A stretch of DNA of 61,737 bases, from the NCBI GenBank assembly GCA_030656075.1, contig JAUSOT010000147.1, positions 1 through 61,737 of the forward strand, read 5' to 3'. Shown one piece after another: positions 9,564-21,545 of this stretch; the stretch's first letter is position 1, and every line of letters begins with the position of its first letter. Both the position numbers and the translations under genes were made by a program. Under the pieces are notes generated by a model. The model was not told the origin of the DNA and made no database searches. It worked only from the letters and a program-made list of their open reading frames with translations. This DNA is from Candidatus Cloacimonadales bacterium (GTDB lineage Bacteria; Cloacimonadota; Cloacimonadia; Cloacimonadales; TCS61).

Positions 9564-11984
9564 TTGAAAAAACTAATTTTCATTTTAATTATCGGGAGTA
9601 TTCTTATGAATATTTCAGCCAACGAAAGCGGTTACAAATTGCCTCCGCAAAATATTCAGGATATCTTTGATAAAGAGCGTCCACCCTATTATTCTTTCGT
9701 TCGCTTCACACAGCTTGGACTGGAAACAAATTATCAGCGCTATCAAACACTTGAGCAAATCAGCGATCCAACTGTGAAACTGGCCGGAGAAGATATTTCT
9801 ATCAAACTGAACGCTCCGGTTAAACAATATCCGCTTAATTATTTTGCCATTCATAATTTTGAAACAGACGAAAAGATAGTGATTGATTTTCCGGAAAATA
9901 TCAAAATCAGGGAATACAAACTTTCCCACGATCATAAACAGATCGCTTTTTCTTACGAAACAGATATGGGAGTGCAGATTTTAGTTGTGGAAACAGCAAC
10001 CGGAAAAATTACGTATTTTGATAATGTTCTGTTAAATGATGCTTTCGGCGATGAACCTTTCTGGTGGATGAGCGACAACAATACTTTGCTGCTTAAAGTC
10101 ATTCCAAAAGGAAGGGGAACAATGCCGCAGCGTTCTCTGATTCCTGAATCTCCAATTATGGAAGAAACCAGTGGAGCTGTTAGTACAAATCGTACTTATC
10201 AGAATTTATTGCAGGATAAATATGACGAAACACTTTTCGATTATTTTTTCACATCGCAGATCGCAACCTTGAATTCAAAAAACAAGAAACTAAAATTGAT
10301 CACTGCTCCTGCCGTTTGGGATGAGATTAAGCTATCTCCTAACAATCAATATATTCTCACCAACAAAATCAATAAACCATATTCCTACCAGGTTCCTTAC
10401 TATCACTTTCCACAGACATTTCAGGTTTTGAACAGGAAGGGAGAAAATATAAAAATGCTTTATGCCCGTCCTTTACAAGACCAGATTCCAATTGGCGGAA
10501 CAAAAAAGGGACCCCGGTTGTACAAATGGCAGCCGTTGAAAGGAGCAAGTCTGGTCTGGGTGGAAGCTTTGGATGAAGGCGATCCCAAAGTCGAGGTTTC
10601 ACACCGCGATAAGATCATGCGCCTGCAAGCACCTTTCCAAAATGAGCCGGAAGAAATATTCAAAACTACCTATCGCTATTCCAGCATTCAGTGGTCGGAA
10701 GCGGAAGATGAACTGATCTATGGAGAATATGACCGCGACCGCATCTGGAACCGATATTGGCTTTATCAGATCGGTTCGGACGAACCGCAATTGCTTTTTG
10801 ATATGAGCCGGCAGGAACGATATAATTTTCCTGGTAAACTGGTGATGAAAAAAACAGCGAGTGGAGAAGAAGTCTTCATCAAACAAAATAATATCGTGTA
10901 TTTAGATAACGAAATTGGGGCAACTCCGGAAGGAAATTTTCCTTATCTTGCCAAATTAAATCTTGAGACAAAAGAAAAAGAAATCCTCTGGCAATGCCAA
11001 CCCGATCATTACGAAACGTTTCTGTCTTTTTTGAATGAGGATTTGAATAAAATAGTTATCTGCAGCGAAAGCAGCATCAAATATCGAGATTATTTTTTCA
11101 TCGATCTGGTAACGAAGCAAAAGATTCAAATCACAAATTATCACAATCCTTATCCTGAAATGACAGATTTAAAAACTGAACTCATCGCGTATTCTCGCCA
11201 GGATGGCATTCCGCTTTCCGGAACCCTGATATTGCCGGCAAACTACCGGGAAGGGGATCGGCTTCCACTCATTTTTGAAGCTTATCCGGAAGAATTCGCT
11301 GATGCTTCTACGGCCGGACAAATAACTGGTTCGCCTTTTCGTTTTCCCAATTTCTGGGGAGCTTCCATCCGCTATTTTGTCTTGGAAGGTTACGCTGTTC
11401 TGATGAACGCTTCCATCCCGATCGTAGGTGACCCGGAAACGGTGAACGAAACTTTTATCACTCAAACCGTCAGCAGTGTTCAGGCTGCGATCGATTACCT
11501 CGATCAGCGCGGCATTATCGATCCGGACAGAGTTGGCATCACCGGTCACAGTTATGGTGCATTCATGGTAGCAAATGTGCTGGCACACAGTGATATTTGC
11601 GCTGCCGGAATTGCCAAGAGCGGTGCTTACAACCGTACTCTCACACCATTCGGTTTCCAGAGCGAACGTCGCACTTTGTGGGAAGCAAAAGATTTTTACA
11701 TGGAAGTCTCACCTTTCATGCAGGCGGAAAAGATCAACGAACCGATCTTGCTTATTCATGGAGAAGATGATCCCAATTCCGGCACATTTCCTCTCCAATC
11801 CAAACGCTTTTACCAAGCTCTAAAAGGCAACGGCGCAACCGCCAGATTAGTTATATTACCAAAAGAAGGACACGGCTATTTTGCACGTGAATCGCTGCTG
11901 CACGTGTTGGCGGAACAACTCGAGTGGTTTGATAAATATGTGAAGAACAGGAAATCCGGCTCCGATAAACTTCGTCGGGATTAA
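9564..11984 (+). CDS. S9 family (prolyl oligopeptidase/dipeptidyl peptidase-like) serine peptidase, secreted
   Basis: Signal peptide MKKLIFILIIGSILMNISA. Long beta-propeller-like N-terminal region. C-terminal alpha/beta hydrolase with nucleophile elbow GHSYGAFM, plus LLIHGEDDPN and EGHGY. Confidence 0.8.
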   Translation: MKKLIFILIIGSILMNISANESGYKLPPQNIQDIFDKERPPYYSFVRFTQLGLETNYQRYQTLEQISDPTVKLAGEDISIKLNAPVKQYPLNYFAIHNFETDEKIVIDFPENIKIREYKLSHDHKQIAFSYETDMGVQILVVETATGKITYFDNVLLNDAFGDEPFWWMSDNNTLLLKVIPKGRGTMPQRSLIPESPIMEETSGAVSTNRTYQNLLQDKYDETLFDYFFTSQIATLNSKNKKLKLITAPAVWDEIKLSPNNQYILTNKINKPYSYQVPYYHFPQTFQVLNRKGENIKMLYARPLQDQIPIGGTKKGPRLYKWQPLKGASLVWVEALDEGDPKVEVSHRDKIMRLQAPFQNEPEEIFKTTYRYSSIQWSEAEDELIYGEYDRDRIWNRYWLYQIGSDEPQLLFDMSRQERYNFPGKLVMKKTASGEEVFIKQNNIVYLDNEIGATPEGNFPYLAKLNLETKEKEILWQCQPDHYETFLSFLNEDLNKIVICSESSIKYRDYFFIDLVTKQKIQITNYHNPYPEMTDLKTELIAYSRQDGIPLSGTLILPANYREGDRLPLIFEAYPEEFADASTAGQITGSPFRFPNFWGASIRYFVLEGYAVLMNASIPIVGDPETVNETFITQTVSSVQAAIDYLDQRGIIDPDRVGITGHSYGAFMVANVLAHSDICAAGIAKSGAYNRTLTPFGFQSERRTLWEAKDFYMEVSPFMQAEKINEPILLIHGEDDPNSGTFPLQSKRFYQALKGNGATARLVILPKEGHGYFARESLLHVLAEQLEWFDKYVKNRKSGSDKLRRD

Positions 11985-11989
11985 GCGGA

Positions 11990-12111
11990 AATTGTGTTGG
12001 TTCAATCCCCGATTAAATCGGGGACTCGATTGAATCATACTTTTCTGCAGATCGTCCCGATCTGATAATTTTTAATAATGTTTTCGAGACGAAAACGCTA
12101 AACTCATGAAT
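11990..12111. repeat. 122-bp three-hairpin repeat unit, copy 1
   Basis: Matches 12199..12320 with 2 mismatches. Hairpins: tccccgat-taa-atcgggga (nested in ttcaatc/gattgaa), cagatcg-tcc-cgatctg and ttttcg-aga-cgaaaa. Confidence 0.9.
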
Positions 12112-12198
12112 GCTTAATCCTGCCAAGGTTTCTTTCACATCCAACCTTGACATTGCTAAATGCGAGATTCCTTGAAAGAAGCGATGGCAAGGTCACAT

Positions 12199-12320
12199 AA
12201 TTGTGTTGGTTCAATCCCCGATTAAATCGGGGACTCGATTGAATCATACTTTTCTGCAGATCGTCCCGATCTGATAATTTTTAATAATGTTTTCGAGAAG
12301 AAAACGCCAAACTCATGAAT
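12199..12320. repeat. 122-bp three-hairpin repeat unit, copy 2
   Basis: Direct copy of 11990..12111, offset by 209 bp. It lies between the convergent S9 peptidase and kinase-GNAT genes. Confidence 0.9.
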
Positions 12321-12351
12321 TCCTCGTGACGAGAAGTCCAACTTTATTCTG

Positions 12352-13842
12352 TTATCTCTCCATCATCGATTTATAAGCGTCTCGCACGTAATTCGCCAGC
12401 TCTTCACCAAACTCGGAAGCTGTGACGATCTCGTTGATATCGACTTCCACATTGTTCAAATATTGCAGTCTGAGCACATCTCCTTTGTCCATTTCGGGAA
12501 TGATGCCGGCAAAAAAGAAACCCAGCATTTCCAAAGAAGCGCAGAATTTCTGGCTGGCAGGATCTGCTAACGGCAGATCGATGTAAATGCAATCCAATTT
12601 GCGGAAACACAACTCGCGCAATCTGAATTTTATCAACTCGATAAAATCCTCTCCATATTGAGATATCTTCATGAAAGCAAAACCGTGATCGGGTTTCACA
12701 GACACATCAACCTGAGATTTTTTTACTAATTTCAAGTTTTTAGATGTTTCGTCAAAAGCAACAAATTCGCGTTCGATTTTATTCATGTCATAAATTTTGC
12801 GGATCATCGAGTTGTGATGGAAGGGCAGATAGAGTTTTTCTACCGGACCATCCAGAAGTTTGAAGTAGAAAAATACTGCCGGCTGGCGTTTATTTTTTTC
12901 TGTGGTCTGGATTTTCTTGAAAAACATCGTAGCAGGAACCAATCCCAGCAACACACCGGTTTCATGCGCTCCCAATGAAATATTTCCTTTCTGTGAATAA
13001 GGATGAACTGCCACTGCTTCACTATAAAAACCGCGAATCCCCATTTTCTTAGCATATTCAGCCATGAAAAGCTTCATGTTCTTAAACAATCCACGCCCCC
13101 GATAACGCGGATCGGTGACTGCCATGCCGGTTTCTCCTACCAGGTCATCATTGCTGGCTCGAATCATGGCAAAATGTCCCACGATTTCGTTGGTAGAATT
13201 CACATAAATGCAGGAAGTCAGAAAGCCGCTGGACAGCAACTCTTTCACTTTTTCGGGATAGTAAATAAATTCCCAACCGTAAGTATAGCCGTAAGATCGA
13301 TAGATACAACGCGCCATATTCACAGCATCTTCCGGCTGCATCAGGCGAATGGTCACAACTTCATCAGCCGGAGCGAGAGGAGCTTCCTTCTTTTCATCGT
13401 CTTCTTTGGTTTTCAGTTCTTCAATTTCTTCGTATGTCAGATTTTTGATCAGTTCCACTCGTTTGCCACCGCGTCCAATATTGGAAAATTTTATCTCATC
13501 GGCAAAAGCCCGCATCAAAAGCATTCCCAACCCTTTGTCCTCATCCGGTTTGAATTTGGTGAAATCAAACGGTAAACCGCGATCTTCTACAGCTACAACC
13601 ACTTTCCCCGGTTGTCTTTCAACGATGATTTCGTAAACTCCATTTTCTTCCGGATCGAAAGCATGTTCGATCACATTCAGGCAGGTTTCTTCCGTAACCA
13701 GTTCCAAATGTTTCGCTTCTTTTTTATCCAATCCCAGTCTCTTAGCCAATTCTCCCACAAAACTTATCACGTCGGAAAGATATTCGCCTTTTGCCAGAAC
13801 TTCGATTCTGGCAATTTGATGCTCGCTTTTCATTTCGTTCAT
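12352..13842 (-). CDS. Fusion protein: RsbW/SpoIIAB-like anti-sigma serine kinase (HATPase) domain + GNAT acetyltransferase domain
   Basis: N-terminal about 135 aa: EETCLNVIEHAF, VAVEDRGLPFD, GLGMLLMRAFADEI (GHKL ATPase of the anti-sigma-factor type). An acidic linker follows. GNAT core: IVGHFAM...VTDPRYRGRGLFKNM. Confidence 0.7.
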   Translation of the reverse strand: MNEMKSEHQIARIEVLAKGEYLSDVISFVGELAKRLGLDKKEAKHLELVTEETCLNVIEHAFDPEENGVYEIIVERQPGKVVVAVEDRGLPFDFTKFKPDEDKGLGMLLMRAFADEIKFSNIGRGGKRVELIKNLTYEEIEELKTKEDDEKKEAPLAPADEVVTIRLMQPEDAVNMARCIYRSYGYTYGWEFIYYPEKVKELLSSGFLTSCIYVNSTNEIVGHFAMIRASNDDLVGETGMAVTDPRYRGRGLFKNMKLFMAEYAKKMGIRGFYSEAVAVHPYSQKGNISLGAHETGVLLGLVPATMFFKKIQTTEKNKRQPAVFFYFKLLDGPVEKLYLPFHHNSMIRKIYDMNKIEREFVAFDETSKNLKLVKKSQVDVSVKPDHGFAFMKISQYGEDFIELIKFRLRELCFRKLDCIYIDLPLADPASQKFCASLEMLGFFFAGIIPEMDKGDVLRLQYLNNVEVDINEIVTASEFGEELANYVRDAYKSMMER

Positions 13843-13944
13843 ATCTACCTCTACATTTTTCTACTTTGTATAAATTGTTTAGAGCCTGTTTCTTTGTCAA
13901 TCTTTGCGAAATTAGCGCTCGCCTCACATGTCTGCTAAAAAAAG

Positions 13945-14007
13945 TTTGACAATCGTTAATCTGAAATTAATTTGTCCCTTGTTAGCAATGCAGTAAAGCT
14001 AATGCTA
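13945..14007 (+). promoter_or_regulatory. hrcA operon promoter region with degenerate CIRCE operator
   Basis: ttgaca at 13945..13950. A taattt-like -10 lies about 16-17 bp downstream. ttagcaatg-N9-taatgctaa at 13981..14007 matches the CIRCE consensus TTAGCACTC-N9-GAGTGCTAA in the outer TTAGCA / TGCTAA arms. Confidence 0.5.
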
Positions 14008-14027
14008 AGAAATGAGGTTAAGAGAAG

Positions 14028-15083
14028 ATGAAAAAGAATGAGATCAGGCAGCAGAAAGTTTTGTCGTATTTGATAGAAGATTACATCAAATCGATGGAGC
14101 CGGTATCATCCAAACTGATCTGTGAAAAATATATCAGGAACGCCAGTCCCGCTACGATTCGGATAGATCTGAATAAGTTGGAAAAGGAAAATCTGATTTT
14201 CCAGCCGCACACATCGGCAGGCCGCATTCCCACCATTCTGGGTTATCGCCGTTATTTGGAAAAGTTAGACCCGATCCTGAAAACTGTTAAATATGAAAAA
14301 TCGGATATCTTGCGCAATATTCTGATTAAATATTATAAAGATACACCATTGGCTCTGCATTATATAATGCAGTTCCTGGCTTCGGAAACCGACCAGTTGA
14401 GCTTTGTGGCCGAACCGGAAGTTTCTTATGGCTACCTGGAAAAACTGAAAGTTTTCAAAATTTCGGACAACAAGCTTCTTTTCGTGGTCAGTCTGGATTC
14501 CGGCCTGGATAAAACAGTTATCCTGAAATGGGATTACGGCATCACGGAGCAGCAACTGAGAGCGATCGTGCGTTATGCCAATGATGAATTTGTCGGTCAT
14601 AGAATTTATGATATTCAAACCAAATACCTGGAAGAAACTACCGAGAGGATCAGTGAAGAGAATAAGATTCTCAAGCTTTTCCTGGAAGAACTGCAAAAAG
14701 CTATTTCCGAAATCAGCAGTTATTTCATACATTTTGACGGCAATATCAGCTTTTTGGAACAACCCGAATTCGACAATAAAAGTTCGATCTTAACCTTTCT
14801 CGGTTTCATCCAGAGACAGGAACACCTGGTAAATCTGATGCAGAAAAGTGACGGAAAAAATGCTTATCATGTTCTGTTGGGAGAAGATCTTGGATTGGCT
14901 GAATTAGCCGATTATTCCTTGATTTATGCTAAATATGAAATCTTTGGGATTCCCGGGTTTCTGGGTGTTTTGGGTCCTGTCCGCATGAATTATAAACGCA
15001 ACATTCCCATCGTGCGTGATATTGCGGAGATCATCACGAAAACGACAAAAAAAGGTATGGTGGTGCCAAGTAATGAACGATAA
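14028..15083 (+). CDS. hrcA: Heat-inducible transcription repressor HrcA
   Basis: Family-typical N-terminal winged helix (RQQKVLSYLIEDYIKSMEPVSSKLI). The length and position ahead of grpE-dnaK-dnaJ also fit. Confidence 0.85.
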   Translation: MKKNEIRQQKVLSYLIEDYIKSMEPVSSKLICEKYIRNASPATIRIDLNKLEKENLIFQPHTSAGRIPTILGYRRYLEKLDPILKTVKYEKSDILRNILIKYYKDTPLALHYIMQFLASETDQLSFVAEPEVSYGYLEKLKVFKISDNKLLFVVSLDSGLDKTVILKWDYGITEQQLRAIVRYANDEFVGHRIYDIQTKYLEETTERISEENKILKLFLEELQKAISEISSYFIHFDGNISFLEQPEFDNKSSILTFLGFIQRQEHLVNLMQKSDGKNAYHVLLGEDLGLAELADYSLIYAKYEIFGIPGFLGVLGPVRMNYKRNIPIVRDIAEIITKTTKKGMVVPSNER

Positions 15084-15657
15084 AAATAACGAGAATATCA
15101 GAAATAATGAAACTGAAATTGATGAGAAAGCCGATTTCAAGAAAGTGAAGAAGAAACTCACTTCCAAAGATCAGATAGTTCTTTTGGAAATTGAACTGGC
15201 AGAATTGAAAGATAAATACATCCGCGCTGCAGCAGAATTCGAGAACTTCCGCAAACGAAATATCTCTGAAAAATCAAACTGGATCAAAAATGCCAATGAG
15301 AGGATCGTGCTGGATCTTTGCGATGTGATCGATAACTTCGAACGAGCCTTGCATCCTGAAGTGGAAATGAACAGAGAATCTTTTGAAAAAGGTATCAAAT
15401 TGATCTTCCAGCAGTTGAATAACCTTTTAAAGAAAGAAGGCGTAGAAAAATTGGAAGCGTTGGGAAAGGAGTTTGATCCGGAATTTCATGATGCCCTGGC
15501 TCACATTCCATCAGAATTGGAAGAAAACACGGTAATCGCCATCATTCAAAACGGCTATAAAATGAATAATAAAATAATCCGCCCGGTGCGAGTAGCTGTT
15601 TCCAACGGCGAAAAACCGGAAAAAATCTGCAACGAATCAGAAAGAAAAAAAAAGTAA
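15073..15657 (+). CDS. grpE: Nucleotide exchange factor GrpE
   Basis: Coiled-coil then RAAAEFENFRKR. C-terminal FDPEFHDALAHIPS and GYKMNNKIIRPVRVAVS. Start set at ATG 15073 (MNDKNN), overlapping the hrcA end, rather than the in-hrcA ATG 15016. Confidence 0.85.
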   Translation: MNDKNNENIRNNETEIDEKADFKKVKKKLTSKDQIVLLEIELAELKDKYIRAAAEFENFRKRNISEKSNWIKNANERIVLDLCDVIDNFERALHPEVEMNRESFEKGIKLIFQQLNNLLKKEGVEKLEALGKEFDPEFHDALAHIPSELEENTVIAIIQNGYKMNNKIIRPVRVAVSNGEKPEKICNESERKKK

Positions 15658-15883
15658 CTCAAACATCCTGTTTAAGAATAAAAATAGAAGTGTATAATTG
15701 AATATTAAATCTCGTTACGAAGTTTGCCAGTCTGGTCGAAGTATAACGAAGACTGATCTTCTTAACGTATAAACAATTTGCGATCCCAAGACGAACCTGG
15801 GATCGAGAAACTATTTATTGCTGTTAAAAAAACAAAAAAGAAAAATATATGATCAGACTGATGCAAGGCATCTGGTCTGATAA

Positions 15884-17875
<1,992 letters not shown>

Positions 17876-17974
17876 AACCCCCTTGATCCCCCTAATTAGG
17901 GGGAAATTGAGGAATCTGGCATTATTCGACTTGAAAGTAAAACGTCGAGTCGAAGGTGCATTAAATAATCGTGT

Positions 17975-18082
17975 CATTGCGAGTTATCTTTCTAAGATTT
18001 CTTGCGAAGCAATCTTAACGCAAATTAAATGAAAATGTGTTCTTAAGACCGTTCCGAAGGTTCTTCGACCGTTCGGAAGGTC
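17975..18082. repeat. Third copy of the gcgag/gaagcaatc + ccgttccgaagg hairpin composite repeat
   Basis: cattgcgag...cttgcgaagcaatcttaac...gaccgttccgaaggttcttcgaccgttcggaaggtc, in the dnaK-dnaJ spacer. Confidence 0.8.
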
Positions 18083-18103
18083 TTTAGATTTTAAGGAAAT
18101 TTA

Positions 18104-19264
18104 ATGGCAAAAAGAGACTATTATGAAGTGCTGGGGGTTGAAAAAAACGCCAGCGAAGTTGAGATAAAAAAAGCCTATCGTAAACTGGCAATGAAATTTC
18201 ATCCTGATAAAAATCCTGACAACAAGGCTGCCGAGGAAAGTTTTAAAGAAGCCTCTGAAGCTTATGAAGTTTTGAGCGATCCAACCAAAAAACAGAAATA
18301 CGATCAATACGGACATGCCGGATTGGAAGGCGCTTTTGGCGGCCACGGATTTTCCTGGGAAAATTTTACGCACGCTAACGATTTTTCCGATATCTTTAGT
18401 GGTGGTGGTTTAGGAAGCATTTTTGAACACCTTTTCGGCGGCAGTTTCGGTGGCAGCGGAGGCCAGACTTCACGCTCCGGCAATCGCGGTGAAGATCTGC
18501 AGATTTCACTTTCCCTTACTTTGGAAGAAATCAACAAAGGCGTCGATAAAAAAATTAAGATCAATGTGCAGGAAAGCTGTGAACAATGCAGCGGTTCCGG
18601 TTCGGCAGATGGCAAAACACAATCCTGCAGCCAATGTCATGGCTCAGGACAAGTTCGCCAGATCTCACGTTCTCTTTTCGGTCAGATGCAGACGATTGTT
18701 ACTTGTCCATCTTGTAATGGAACCGGAAAAATCATAAAAAATAAATGCCTTAAATGCGGCGGCGACGGCAGAACCGCCAAAACCAAAACGATCAGCATCA
18801 ATATTCCAGCCGGAGTTTCGGAAGGTCAGTATATTCGCCTGAGAGGTCAGGGTAACAGGGGAAAATTTGGCGGACAGAATGGTGATATCCTTGTTCTTAT
18901 CCACGAAAAAGAACATGATATCTTCGAACGCCAGGAAGCAGATCTGGTTTGTGATTATCCGATCAGTTTTGCTTCAGCAGCTTTGGGAACGGAAATTCTC
19001 TGCCCCACTTTATCCGGACAAGTTAAAATGAAAATTCCTGCCGGAACACAATCCGGTAAAGTATTCCGCTTGCGAAGTCAGGGACTGCCTCATGTGAACA
19101 GCAGCTATCATGGCGATCTTTTTGTGAAAGTACGAGTTATCACACCCACAAAACTGAGTTCAGAAGAAAAGGAACTTTTCCAGAAACTCATTCACTTTGA
19201 TTCTCAGCACAAGCTGCTGCCGAATAAAAGTTTCTTCAGTAAGTTGAAAGATTTTTTTGTGTGA
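18104..19264 (+). CDS. dnaJ: Molecular chaperone DnaJ
   Basis: J domain with HPDKNP, a G/F-rich linker and four CxxCxGxG zinc-finger repeats ([32 protein letters not shown]). Confidence 0.96.
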   Translation: MAKRDYYEVLGVEKNASEVEIKKAYRKLAMKFHPDKNPDNKAAEESFKEASEAYEVLSDPTKKQKYDQYGHAGLEGAFGGHGFSWENFTHANDFSDIFSGGGLGSIFEHLFGGSFGGSGGQTSRSGNRGEDLQISLSLTLEEINKGVDKKIKINVQESCEQCSGSGSADGKTQSCSQCHGSGQVRQISRSLFGQMQTIVTCPSCNGTGKIIKNKCLKCGGDGRTAKTKTISINIPAGVSEGQYIRLRGQGNRGKFGGQNGDILVLIHEKEHDIFERQEADLVCDYPISFASAALGTEILCPTLSGQVKMKIPAGTQSGKVFRLRSQGLPHVNSSYHGDLFVKVRVITPTKLSSEEKELFQKLIHFDSQHKLLPNKSFFSKLKDFFV

Positions 19265-19394
19265 ACTCACCCCCGGCCCCTCTCTTCATCTCAAGCGAGG
19301 GGAGATTGAGAACGCTGTGAAAGAAAAAATAAATGTCGATCATGCAAAAATTGCATCCCCCTCTTATTTGAAGAGGGGTTAGGGGAGTTCAGCC

Positions 19395-20126
19395 ATGCCA
19401 TCCTTCTACACATCCCACCTTCAAATAAACGATAAAAATCTTACCATCGCTGGTGAAGAATTCCACCATATTTCTCATGTTTTCCGAAAAAGAATCGGCG
19501 ACGAAATCCTTCTGACCAGCGGAAACGGATTGCTGGCAAAAGCCCTAATTTATGAGATCGACAAGAAATTTGTCAAAGTCGAAATCCTTGATATCAAAAA
19601 AGAAAAATTCACCCATCCGGCAATCGCAGTTGCCTTCCCGCTTCTCAAGAGTAAACATGATTTTCTCATCGTGGAAAAACTTACGGAACTGGGAGTGAAG
19701 GAGTTTTTTCCAATCGTTACAAATCATTCTGTACGGATTTCTTCAATCAACACTCAAGATAAATTTGAGAAAGCAGCAATTGCCGCGATCAAACAATGCG
19801 ACAATGCCTTTTTACCCAAAATCCATCCAACTCAAAGATTGCAGGATTTTCTGGAAAATCTGACCGATTTCCAACCATTTGCAGCACTGGAAACAGGTAA
19901 ACATAAAACTCTTTTTAATCTTGTGAAAGAATTCAATGGTCAGCCAATTTGCTTGATCATTGGTCCGGAAGGCGGTTTTGATGACGAAGAAACAGAATTA
20001 TTTAAAATGAAGAATATCACAACTTTTACTTTAGGAAATCATATTTTACGCGCTGAAACAGCTGCTATTGCCGCAGCCGCACAGATCATGGCCATTCTGC
20101 TGGAAAATAATGAGAATTACTTTTAA
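19395..20126 (+). CDS. rsmE: 16S rRNA (uracil1498-N3)-methyltransferase RsmE
   Basis: PUA-like N-terminus (EEFHHISHVFRKRIGDEI). SPOUT C-terminus LIIGPEGGFDDEE...LGNHILRAETAAIAA. Confidence 0.85.
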   Translation: MPSFYTSHLQINDKNLTIAGEEFHHISHVFRKRIGDEILLTSGNGLLAKALIYEIDKKFVKVEILDIKKEKFTHPAIAVAFPLLKSKHDFLIVEKLTELGVKEFFPIVTNHSVRISSINTQDKFEKAAIAAIKQCDNAFLPKIHPTQRLQDFLENLTDFQPFAALETGKHKTLFNLVKEFNGQPICLIIGPEGGFDDEETELFKMKNITTFTLGNHILRAETAAIAAAAQIMAILLENNENYF

Positions 20127-21499
20127 TGCATAATTCAAAAGTTATCGATCTTATAAAAAAATCTATTACAAACTCCTCTTTCGCTGGTAAAACTTATGTT
20201 GTAGGTGGTTTTGTGCGTGACCTTGTGATGGAAATCGTCAGTGATGATATTGATATCGTAGTTGAATTGCCGGAAGGCGGCAGGAAACTGGCAGATTTTC
20301 TGCATGAAAAGAAGGTGGCTTCCCGTCCGGTAATTTATGATAATTTTGGAACTGCCCTGGCTGAAATTAATGGTTACAAAGTTGAATTCGTAATGACCCG
20401 CAAAGAAAGTTATCGCGATAAGGACCGCAAACCGGAAGTTGCCGGCGGAACTCTGGCGGAGGATATTTTTCGCAGGGACTTTACCATCAACTCGCTTCTG
20501 CTGGATGTGATCACTGGAGAAATCAAAGACATCACTGGCAAAGGGCTTTCCGATATTGAAAACGGTATTATCCGCTCAACTTCCGAGCCTGATATAATAT
20601 TTAAAGAAGATCCACTCAGGATGCTGCGCGCTGTTCGATTTGCTTCCCGGTTCAATTTTATTATCGAAGAAAATACCCAGACTGGAATCCGTAAAAATGC
20701 CAGAATGCTGCAGCATATCAGTTGGGAACGTCGCCGCGATGAATTTACGAAAATGCTGGCTCAACGCAATCCAATTCCGGCCTTGAAGATGCTGCTGGAT
20801 TTTGGTTTGCTGAAATATGTCGTTCCTGAACTGCTGGAAATTGTAGGCTTGCAGCAGGATAAGCATCACGACCTGGATGCCTGGGAACACAGCCTAAAAG
20901 TAGTCGAAAATATTCGACCGACCCTGAAACTGCATTTGATCGCACTTTTACACGATGTGGGAAAAGCCCGGGTGAAAAGCGAAGCTGAATACGGAATTCA
21001 TTTCTATAAACATGAGGTTGTCAGTTCCGAACTGGCTCACAAAATCATGCGCAGATTGAAATTCAGTAATGATGAGATCAAAGAAGTGGAGATCGTTATC
21101 CGCAACCATATGCGGTTGAAAGATGCCGGAACTGAAGCTGAAAAAATTTCAGATAAAGCGATTAGAAGGTTGATCCTGCAAACAGGGAATGTACTCGATC
21201 CACTTTTGGAATTGATCCATGCCGATAATATCAGCCATGCAAAGGCTTATAATCTGCCAATGCAAATTCCCAAGTTAAAATTGAGATTAGAAGCGATCAA
21301 AGAAGAGATGAAGAAAAAATCCCTTCCCATAACGGGAAGCGATATTATGAATTTTTTCAAACTTAAATCAGGAGAAGATATTGGTAAACTTCTTGACAGG
21401 GCAACCGAGATCTGGTTGGAAAGTCCTGATAAAAGCAGGGATGAGATTTTGATAGAACTTCATAAAGGATACAGCCAAAATATAGTTGGGAAATCCTGA
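20126..21499 (+). CDS. cca: CCA-adding tRNA nucleotidyltransferase / poly(A) polymerase family protein with HD domain
   Basis: Head domain VGGFVRDLVM..DIDIVV and RDFTINSL. HD region LLHDVGK. TAATG overlap with rsmE. Confidence 0.8.
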   Translation: MHNSKVIDLIKKSITNSSFAGKTYVVGGFVRDLVMEIVSDDIDIVVELPEGGRKLADFLHEKKVASRPVIYDNFGTALAEINGYKVEFVMTRKESYRDKDRKPEVAGGTLAEDIFRRDFTINSLLLDVITGEIKDITGKGLSDIENGIIRSTSEPDIIFKEDPLRMLRAVRFASRFNFIIEENTQTGIRKNARMLQHISWERRRDEFTKMLAQRNPIPALKMLLDFGLLKYVVPELLEIVGLQQDKHHDLDAWEHSLKVVENIRPTLKLHLIALLHDVGKARVKSEAEYGIHFYKHEVVSSELAHKIMRRLKFSNDEIKEVEIVIRNHMRLKDAGTEAEKISDKAIRRLILQTGNVLDPLLELIHADNISHAKAYNLPMQIPKLKLRLEAIKEEMKKKSLPITGSDIMNFFKLKSGEDIGKLLDRATEIWLESPDKSRDEILIELHKGYSQNIVGKS

Positions 21500-21545
21500 T
21501 TGAAGTAAAAGTGAGATTTAAATGAAACTCATAAGGAGGGTTATC

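Noticed and set aside
11990-12320. Possible CRISPR-like array, because of evenly spaced identical repeats.
   Set aside because: There are only two copies. The units are 122 bp long with internal hairpins, and the spacer is itself a repeat-family member. No cas genes are present anywhere in the window.
13003-13575. 190-aa ORF antisense to the kinase-GNAT gene. Similar long antisense ORFs occur elsewhere (for example 6317..6859, 14265..14762, 16004..16555, 17507..17977, 42584..43099, 43749..44414).
   Set aside because: Each lies fully inside, and opposite to, a gene with strong family-level motifs. Their translated sequences are low-complexity with no recognisable domains. This is typical shadow-ORF behaviour.
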